From NCBI GenBank assembly GCA_965215475.1, contig OZ244061.1, positions 2,176,619 through 2,240,618 on the forward strand: a stretch of DNA of 64,000 nt, written 5' to 3'. Shown one piece after another: positions 57,518-64,000 of this stretch. The translations under genes and the position numbers were made by a program. Under the pieces are notes generated by a model, which was not told where the DNA came from, made no database searches, and saw only the letters and a program-made list of their open reading frames with translations. The DNA comes from Rhodothermales bacterium (GTDB taxonomy: Bacteria > Bacteroidota > Rhodothermia > Rhodothermales > Bin80). The stretch's first letter is position 1. Each line of letters begins with the position of its first letter.

Positions 57518-58687
57518 ATGGCTTTCCAGAAAGAGTATTTTCCTTTTCCCAGAGAACCCGAGTTTATGCCTCCTAGTTCTTCCCATGTACCTGATTATGT
57601 CCCTGATCGTGGGCCTGCCAAGTACTTTCATGGGCGGGAGCGAATCATAGGCAACTTCGACAAACTTGTCAAGGACTCCATGGACACACAGAAAGGGTCT
57701 ACATTCCTGATCCAAGGTGCACCAGGCGCAGGAAAGACGGCACTGTTAGAGGAAATGGCGATAAATGCTCTGGAACATCGTTGGGATGTCGCTGAAGTCA
57801 ATTTAGGAGACCTGTACAATCCCGTCCAGATGGCGCAAACTCTTGGCAAACGCTATATCTCTCGCAAACAGGGCACCTTCAAAACGGATGCAAAGGTGGT
57901 GGGTACCGAGCAGATCAAAGAAGTTGCAGGGGATTCAAGTGTATCTCAGGTACTCGAGAAGATGAACCCCAAACGGGGAGTACTTCTCATTCTGGATGAG
58001 GCCCAACGAGTTGGTCGCTTCCTCAACACCTCAAATGAGATTCAGGTAATGGAGACCTTGGATAAGATTCATAATGGTAAACTGCCCCATCCCGTCATCC
58101 TGCTTGCAGCGGGGTTGGGGATGTCAAAAGCGTCTTTTGGTGACTTGGAGATTTCGAGATTCAAGGGAGGATGTTTTGTAGAATTAGGCGCTTTGGATAA
58201 AGATTCGGAACGTGCAGTGATCCAGGATTGGCTTGTCAAAGAGGGAGGCGCCAAGGGAGATCCTGACGCATGGATGGATGCAATTGCGAAGAAAACGCAT
58301 GGGTGGCCTCAGCACATTTCGGCGTATGGAGATGCCGCGGCCAAGCAAATCCAACACGATGACGGGGAGATGACTCCCGAAGGGCTCGAAGTTGTGTACC
58401 GATTGGGAGCAGAAAGACGTGAGGCGTACTACAAGCAACGTGCGGAAAAGATTAGTAGAAAAGAGCGCCGTAGTTTGGCGAGACTGATCCAGGATATTTC
58501 TATCGAAGATGGGCTGGACAAGAACGATATTAAGGCGTTTCTGTCACGTGAGTACGGCTCTGCAGATGCGAAGGATTTATTCAAGAGGGTCGTAGAGCGT
58601 GGGATCCTGCACAGTCAGGATGGCGCCTATACCATTCCGATTCCATCCATGCACGCTTGGCTGATTTCGAACTATGCCAGTGAGTGA
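57518..58687 (+). CDS. P-loop NTPase (AAA_16/AAA_22-like) with C-terminal winged-helix-like tail
   Basis: FHGRERIIGNFDKLV...STFLIQGAPGAGKTALLEEM (Walker A), VLLILDEAQRV (Walker B). The C-terminal ...RVVERGILHSQDGAYTIPIPSMHAWL resembles a wHTH. It is divergent from the MTase operon across a 248-bp spacer (57270-57517). Confidence 0.7.
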   Translation: MAFQKEYFPFPREPEFMPPSSSHVPDYVPDRGPAKYFHGRERIIGNFDKLVKDSMDTQKGSTFLIQGAPGAGKTALLEEMAINALEHRWDVAEVNLGDLYNPVQMAQTLGKRYISRKQGTFKTDAKVVGTEQIKEVAGDSSVSQVLEKMNPKRGVLLILDEAQRVGRFLNTSNEIQVMETLDKIHNGKLPHPVILLAAGLGMSKASFGDLEISRFKGGCFVELGALDKDSERAVIQDWLVKEGGAKGDPDAWMDAIAKKTHGWPQHISAYGDAAAKQIQHDDGEMTPEGLEVVYRLGAERREAYYKQRAEKISRKERRSLARLIQDISIEDGLDKNDIKAFLSREYGSADAKDLFKRVVERGILHSQDGAYTIPIPSMHAWLISNYASE

Positions 58688-58932
58688 TTAGAGACGCCTC
58701 CGATTCCGCGCTCCATTCTTCCTCCGTCCCGCGAGCGGGATTGAATCGAGAGAACTCTGATATCTATGTCACATTTGCCGTCAGAGGCGCGAAACTACCC
58801 TAAAATCAATAATCGCTCGAAAAAAACAGTCTTCTTTGTGCATTCAAAAATGCACGTAAATAGCGTGTATCTGCGCAGAGTATTCAATGGAGTGCGCTAG
58901 TTTTGTTGATCAGCAAAAAATAGATGTACCCC

Positions 58933-60381
58933 TCACGATAAAATTCCGTGCATGATCCTTCCTCCTACATCTGTGAGGCGAATATCACGTCCGCTGAATC
59001 GATAGGTCAAATGTTCATGCTCGAGCCCCAGTAGATACAACATCGTTGCATGTAGATCATGGATGGTAGTTTCCTTATCAATCACCCGATAACCATACTC
59101 ATCTGTCGATCCATAGACGGTACCTCCTTTGATGCCCGCTCCAGCAAGCCAAATGCTGAATGCTGATGGATTATGATCTCGTCCGTTTGTGCCCTGTGCA
59201 AAAGGAGTCCGCCCAAATTCTCCTGCCCATATCACGAGCGTATCCTCGAACAGACCGCGACTTTTTAGATCTCGGATTAAGCCTGCGATGGGCTGATCTA
59301 CGGCATGAGCATTCAACTCATGCCCCTCCTTGAGATTTGAATGCTGATCCCAGCGGTCCGCAGCAACATTGGGGCAGGTGAGTTCAATGAACCGAACCCC
59401 ACGCTCAACCAAGCGCCTGGCAAGGAGGCATTCAGTAGCGTATATACGTGTATTGGGATCCGGTGAATCCATCCCATAGAGCTTTTTCGTCGCTTCCGTT
59501 TCACCGGAAAGATTGGTCAATTCAGGGACCGAAGCCTGCATCCGGTAAGCTAACTCATAATTGGTGATTGCGGATTCGACATGATTGGCATGACCAATAC
59601 GGCCAAGCAAGTGCTTGTCGGTTCGGCTCATGAGGTTGAGTTTTCTGCGCTGCAGGTCAGAGGTAGGTTCCTGCGGTTCAATGTTCGGGAGTGGCATGTC
59701 CCCAGCTCTGAAAATTGATCCCTGATATGCAGCAGGTAGAAACCCGCTGTTGAAATTATCCAAGCCTCCAGGTGGAATTAAGCCACCATCAAGGACCACA
59801 TATCCCGGCAGATCCTGATTTTCGCTGCCGAGTCCATAATTAACCCAGGCTCCCATTGAGGGGCGCCCCTGAATTCCGATTCCCGTATGAAGAAAATAAT
59901 TGGCGTTCGTATGCTCCGGGAAGTCGGCGACCATGGATCGAACAACGGCAAGGTCGTCAACGCACTGTCCGATATGAGGAAACAGATCGCTCACTTCAAT
60001 ACCACTCTCTCCATAACGCCGAAAATCCCAAGGACTTTGTAAGATCTTGCCGATACTGTTGAACTGTGTGGCATCCACCGAGAATTTATCATGTGGATTT
60101 TCGCCATTCTCTCTGGCAAGACGCGGTTTCGGATCAAAGCTGTCCACTTGTGATACGCCTCCGTCCATGTACAGGAAGATGATGCTACGTGCTTTCGGGA
60201 TCAATCGCCCTGGCCTAGGATGCAATGGGCTTGTCTTGGATGGTGCAACCTGTGCAACCATATTACCGAAAGCTGAACTTCCCATCAACCCCAACAGAGC
60301 GACACCGCCAAAGCCGTTTCGGCACATGGTCAGCATTTCTCGGCGTGTCATTCGGCATGTCAGCCGGTGTGGGCCACTCAT
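58933..60381 (-). CDS. DUF1501-domain (sulfatase-fold) protein with Tat-like signal
   Basis: MTRREMLTMCRNGFGGVALLG...; IIFLYMDGGVSQVDSFDPKP..., GRDH, WAGEFGRTP; typical DUF1501. TGATG overlap with the upstream DUF1553 gene. Confidence 0.85.
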   Translation of the reverse strand: MSGPHRLTCRMTRREMLTMCRNGFGGVALLGLMGSSAFGNMVAQVAPSKTSPLHPRPGRLIPKARSIIFLYMDGGVSQVDSFDPKPRLARENGENPHDKFSVDATQFNSIGKILQSPWDFRRYGESGIEVSDLFPHIGQCVDDLAVVRSMVADFPEHTNANYFLHTGIGIQGRPSMGAWVNYGLGSENQDLPGYVVLDGGLIPPGGLDNFNSGFLPAAYQGSIFRAGDMPLPNIEPQEPTSDLQRRKLNLMSRTDKHLLGRIGHANHVESAITNYELAYRMQASVPELTNLSGETEATKKLYGMDSPDPNTRIYATECLLARRLVERGVRFIELTCPNVAADRWDQHSNLKEGHELNAHAVDQPIAGLIRDLKSRGLFEDTLVIWAGEFGRTPFAQGTNGRDHNPSAFSIWLAGAGIKGGTVYGSTDEYGYRVIDKETTIHDLHATMLYLLGLEHEHLTYRFSGRDIRLTDVGGRIMHGILS

Positions 60382-63365
60382 CAGATCAGGTAAATAAATT
60401 CTTTTTGATTAAAGATCACGTGACAATACGCGGACCAAATATCCACAGAAGATAAGATCTGCTGCGAGATCAAACCGAGCTGCTCTGCCTCGGTTTTTAT
60501 AAAGGTTTCTGCTTCTGCTAATTCATTTGATTCTGGAAGTCTTGCAAACGCTTTCAAGTAAATATGCTCAATTCTGTCCCGAATATTAACATGGGCATGA
60601 CGTACCAAGAGCTCTCCCCAATGTCGGGCTTGTCCGGCAATGAAGGAATCATTGAGCATCGTAAGAGACTGTGCAGGTACATTACTGGAATTGCGAGCTC
60701 CAAATGTAGAGAACGGGATTGGCATATCAAAAGATAGCATCATTGGCGGGAGAAAATTGCGCCGAATCGCAAGGTAAACACTTCTTCGACCATCTCCATC
60801 CAATGGTCCATTGACCGAAGGCCGACCTCGCCCCTTCATAAACTCTGTCAAATAGATGGGGATTGGGGGGCCATACATGGTAGAGTTCAACTGCCCCGAT
60901 ACGGCCAGAATGCCGTCACGAATCGCTTCCGCCTCTAATCTTCGCACAGGATAATGGGATAGAAGCAGATTAGATGGATCCAACTCCATGATACCTACAG
61001 GCGGCTCGGAAGAACGTTGGAATGCATCGGAAAGGAGAATTTCTCTTAAAACCGATTTGATAGACCACCCAGATTTTACGAAGCGCAAGGCCAAATCGTC
61101 CAATAATTCTGGATGGGTCGGCAGACTTCCCTGAGCTCCAAAATTGTCGACGGTTTCGACGATGCCTCTACCAAACGCATGATGCCATAATCGATTCACC
61201 ATGACGCGTGCCGTCAGGGGATTCGAAGGATCTATGATGGCTTGTGCGAACTCCAGTCGCCCGCTAGATGTCCCAGTAAAAGGAGTGCTCGTTGAATCCA
61301 GTGCGGTAAGAAATCGGTGGGGAACAGGCTCGCCATCTGGAGTTTTGTAGTTGCCTCGTCCGAATACGGCACTGGTAACCCGATCCCCTTCCGTCATGCC
61401 GATAAAAAATTCTGCAGAGGGAAGCAGTTGTTTGATGTGTTGTTTATGACGAATCTGTTCATGGATCTGAGGACGTTGGAGTTCTCCTGATTCCAAGGCT
61501 TGGTTGATCGCCGTAATTTGCGCTGGGCTAGCTTTTTCTTGTGCCCAGGCGTAAATGGCGGATTCAAGGATCGCTTCATCATGTTCTAGGTATGGCAGAT
61601 CAGAAGCGGCATCATCATGCGCCAGAGCATAGGCAATCTCAAAGTAGGATGAATCGTGGATCGTGAGCATATGCTGATCCGTAACAAAGCGGTGTTTATC
61701 ATAGGTTCCGACCAGTAGCTCCAGATATGCTTTGTGGCCGTTCCATAAACTCACGTCAAACTGGTAGGGTATGAGTGTGTCACTGTTGAGCTCCTGATCC
61801 AGAGATCCATGGATTGGTGCGCGGATCAGTTGGAAGTTGTCAATCACCAGCCGCAGAGCAGATTTGTACCCCTTGGCCATAACGGTAATAGAATCACGAC
61901 TAAGCGTAAAGGTCGGAGAGCGAAGTGCACCGGGAAGTCCCTGTGAGATCTGTCGACTGCTGGTTACGCCTTCGGTGAGTTGGAGAAAACGTTCTTCTTC
62001 AATGAAGGGGGAGCCGTGTGGAGGTGCATCGTCAAATGCGATCCCATTGGCAATCCATCCACTCCGTGTCCCATTGCGAAAATCTCCTAACATTTCCCAT
62101 GTCCCGGTAGTGTTCTGAGTTGCAGAACGGGGGTTCATTCGACTGGTGGGAATAGCGGGTGCGGATCCTAGAGATGACTGCCACCTGTTGGCGATATTCG
62201 AACGCAACGTTTGATTGAAATCAATGAGATTCTTTACGACGTCTGTATATTCGTCCGACAGAATAGGGACAGGAGTAAACCGTGCACTCTCGACGATGCC
62301 GTAGAGTGAATAGTAATCACGGGTTGGGATCGGATCAAATTTATGATCATGGCATCGGGCACAGGCAACCGTCAGGCCCTGAAAGGTTTTTGTTGTTACA
62401 TCAATGATGTTGTCGATACGATCCGCTTCATCAATCCTCGTGTCAACAGGGCTGTGTTTTCCTTCTCCAAGCGCAAAATATGCCGTCCCGATTACCGACT
62501 CATTGAACCCTTCGTCAGGATTACGCCTAGGGTGTTCTAGAACATCCCCAGCGAGATGCTCCAGAACAAGCTGGTTATAGGGGACATCTTCGTTGAATGC
62601 CCGAATGAGATAGTCACGGTATTGCCATGCTCCCTGAATCGTAAAATCGAATTCGTGCCCTTTCGATTCCGAGTACCGGACGAGATCCATCCAGTGGCGC
62701 GCCCAACGTTCTCCATATGCCGTAGAAGCGAGCAGGCTGTCTACGACCCGGACATAGGCATTGGGAGAATCATCTTGCTCAAATGCCTGAACAGCATCAG
62801 GTGAGGGGGGGAGCCCGGTCAGCACATAAGAAGCACGTCGAATCAAACTGGCCCGGGGTGCCAGGTCCGCAGGGGGGATCCCGTTTGCTGTAATCCGTTC
62901 GTGCAACCGATCATCTATGGAGCGTTGATCTTCTGATCTCTGTGGTGGAATCAACGCCCAGTGGGTTTTATATTCTGCTCCCTGATCAATCCATCTGGCG
63001 ATGAGTGCAATTTCATGTTCGGTGAGGACCTTGTTCATCTGAGCAGGAGGCATCCGCTGTTTGGGATCATCTGTCTGAATGCGATGAATGAGCAGGCTAC
63101 GTTTGGCACTTCCCGGAACAATTGCACGTCCGCCGGAACGCTTGGCCGTTGCTCCAGTGTAGGTGTCAAGACGGAGATCGGCTTCTCGTGTGCTGACGTC
63201 AGGGCCATGACACACGTAACAGGAGTTCGAGAGGATGGGGCGAATGTGATAATTGAAATCTACCTGATCAGGCAACGTCGGATCTGACGTGGAGCATCCC
63301 AGAACAGAAAGTCCTAATCCGAAGAGGAGGAAAAGAACACGATGGCAGATCAGAGATCTTTTCAT
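60381..63365 (-). CDS. PSCyt (CxxCH cytochrome-like) + DUF1549 + DUF1553 (PSD1) protein
   Basis: Lipoprotein-like signal ...LSVLGCS, heme-binding-type motif SNSCYVCHGPD, second CARCHDHKFDP motif (DUF1549), C-terminal DUF1553-like region (FGRGIVETVDNFGAQG). Canonical partner of DUF1501. Confidence 0.85.
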   Translation of the reverse strand: MKRSLICHRVLFLLFGLGLSVLGCSTSDPTLPDQVDFNYHIRPILSNSCYVCHGPDVSTREADLRLDTYTGATAKRSGGRAIVPGSAKRSLLIHRIQTDDPKQRMPPAQMNKVLTEHEIALIARWIDQGAEYKTHWALIPPQRSEDQRSIDDRLHERITANGIPPADLAPRASLIRRASYVLTGLPPSPDAVQAFEQDDSPNAYVRVVDSLLASTAYGERWARHWMDLVRYSESKGHEFDFTIQGAWQYRDYLIRAFNEDVPYNQLVLEHLAGDVLEHPRRNPDEGFNESVIGTAYFALGEGKHSPVDTRIDEADRIDNIIDVTTKTFQGLTVACARCHDHKFDPIPTRDYYSLYGIVESARFTPVPILSDEYTDVVKNLIDFNQTLRSNIANRWQSSLGSAPAIPTSRMNPRSATQNTTGTWEMLGDFRNGTRSGWIANGIAFDDAPPHGSPFIEEERFLQLTEGVTSSRQISQGLPGALRSPTFTLSRDSITVMAKGYKSALRLVIDNFQLIRAPIHGSLDQELNSDTLIPYQFDVSLWNGHKAYLELLVGTYDKHRFVTDQHMLTIHDSSYFEIAYALAHDDAASDLPYLEHDEAILESAIYAWAQEKASPAQITAINQALESGELQRPQIHEQIRHKQHIKQLLPSAEFFIGMTEGDRVTSAVFGRGNYKTPDGEPVPHRFLTALDSTSTPFTGTSSGRLEFAQAIIDPSNPLTARVMVNRLWHHAFGRGIVETVDNFGAQGSLPTHPELLDDLALRFVKSGWSIKSVLREILLSDAFQRSSEPPVGIMELDPSNLLLSHYPVRRLEAEAIRDGILAVSGQLNSTMYGPPIPIYLTEFMKGRGRPSVNGPLDGDGRRSVYLAIRRNFLPPMMLSFDMPIPFSTFGARNSSNVPAQSLTMLNDSFIAGQARHWGELLVRHAHVNIRDRIEHIYLKAFARLPESNELAEAETFIKTEAEQLGLISQQILSSVDIWSAYCHVIFNQKEFIYLI

Positions 63366-63439
63366 GAAAAACAAGCGAACGTAATTGCCTTAAATTAAGG
63401 CAAATCGCGTTGGTATTTTTGGGGAATCCTTACATCACC

Positions 63440-64000
63440 ATGAACCCCAGAATTTTCATCGTACTTCTTTGGACAGGCTTAATCGTTGGCTGCAGCGAGA
63501 ATACCGTCACACAAGATCCAGAAGATCTGGAACCATAGATTGCATTACGTTCTGTGGCTCCCTTCCCTGTGGGGGTGGCAATTCAGTCAAGCAGATTAAG
63601 TTCTGTGCTCCATTCAGGACTAGTCCACACGGTGTTCAGTAGCGTGACGGCAGAGTATGAGATGAAGATGAAGCATCTGACGAGTCCTTCAGGAGGCTAT
63701 GTTTGGATGCATGCAGATGATGTCGTTGCCTTTGCTAAAGAGCATAATATGCAGATTCATGGGCATGCACTGGTATGGCATCAATCTACACCCGTTTGGC
63801 TAGAAAAATTCAGTGGAACGGACACAGAATTTGAAGAGGCGGTAAAAAACTATATCGTGACCGCCGTCCAACGATATCAAGAGGATGTCGTCAGTTGGGA
63901 TGTAATCAACGAGGCCTTTGAGGATGGATCAGGAGAACTATGCAATTCGGTGTTCCGTCATCGTATGGGGCCGGATTATATTGCCCGCTTATTCAAGTAT
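63440..64000 (+). pseudogene. GH10 endo-1,4-beta-xylanase, interrupted by an in-frame TAG (63536-63538) after the lipoprotein signal peptide; 3' end beyond window
   Basis: Own translation: MNPRIFIVLLWTGLIVGCSENTVTQDPEDLEP*IALRSVAPFPVGVAIQSS...FSSVTAEYEMKMKHL...YVWMHADDVVAFAKEHNMQIHGHALVWHQSTPVWL...VVSWDVINEAFEDGSGEL...MGPDYIARLF. The HGHxLVWHxQxPxW and WDVxNEA blocks are GH10 signatures. Confidence 0.8.

Noticed and set aside
49487-58687. Calling the locus a canonical class 1 DISARM, BREX or type I/III RM system.
   Set aside because: The defining partners are absent from the window: DrmA helicase and DUF1998 DrmB; PglZ/BrxC/BrxL; HsdS/HsdR or a Res with PD-(D/E)XK. It is reported instead as a non-canonical candidate.

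Overview
This is a gene-dense 64-kb bacterial chromosomal window. All calls come from reading the ORF translations and the nucleotides by eye, using motif-level recognition only. No searches were run.

The backbone is housekeeping and metabolic: trmB (partial), an Ntn-type asparaginase, ruvA, murJ, yqgE, folE plus a PTPS-II-type pterin synthase, a HIT protein, coaE, a PhoR/PhoB-like two-component pair, a cation-chloride-cotransporter-like permease, glgA, rnc, gcvP and creD. It also carries ThuA-like proteins, a sulfatase, a PQQ-type sugar dehydrogenase, a DUF1501/DUF1553-cytochrome pair and a GH10 xylanase. This gene content suggests an FCB-group (Bacteroidota/Balneolota/Rhodothermota-like) polysaccharide-degrading heterotroph; that is an inference.

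Three accessory patches interrupt the backbone:
- (a) 18.2-21.4 kb: a visibly AT-richer pair (a small Cys-containing secreted peptide plus a 6-bladed beta-propeller lipoprotein) directly abutted by a decayed IS3-family element.
- (b) 34.6-41.4 kb: a 2.2-kb insertion carrying a Sel1-repeat gene (nine near-identical 108-bp units) and a broken transposase fragment. It is bracketed by 274-bp direct repeats of the creD 3' end. An AAA/DUF4143 ATPase and a MerR-like plus VIT-vWA operon follow.
- (c) 48.7-58.7 kb: the most interesting locus. Three genes are joined by ATGA start/stop overlaps: a large gamma-class N6-adenine DNA methyltransferase with a TRD-like tail and an apparently degenerate nuclease module, a truncated XRE/ImmA-type HTH, and a PLD-nuclease::SNF2-helicase fusion. 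A P-loop ATPase with a wHTH-like tail is transcribed divergently from them. The locus looks like a split, PLD-armed, translocating RM-like or partial-DISARM-like defence system that lacks the defining DrmA/DrmB or BREX core genes.

Other oddities:
- A RecB/Cas4-like nuclease + RNase H-like + SF1B helicase giant protein.
- An ISNCY-type transposase N-terminal remnant reading in frame into glgA.
- A GH10 gene with an in-frame TAG between its lipoprotein signal peptide and catalytic domain.

I recognised no rRNA, tRNA, tmRNA or CRISPR array.
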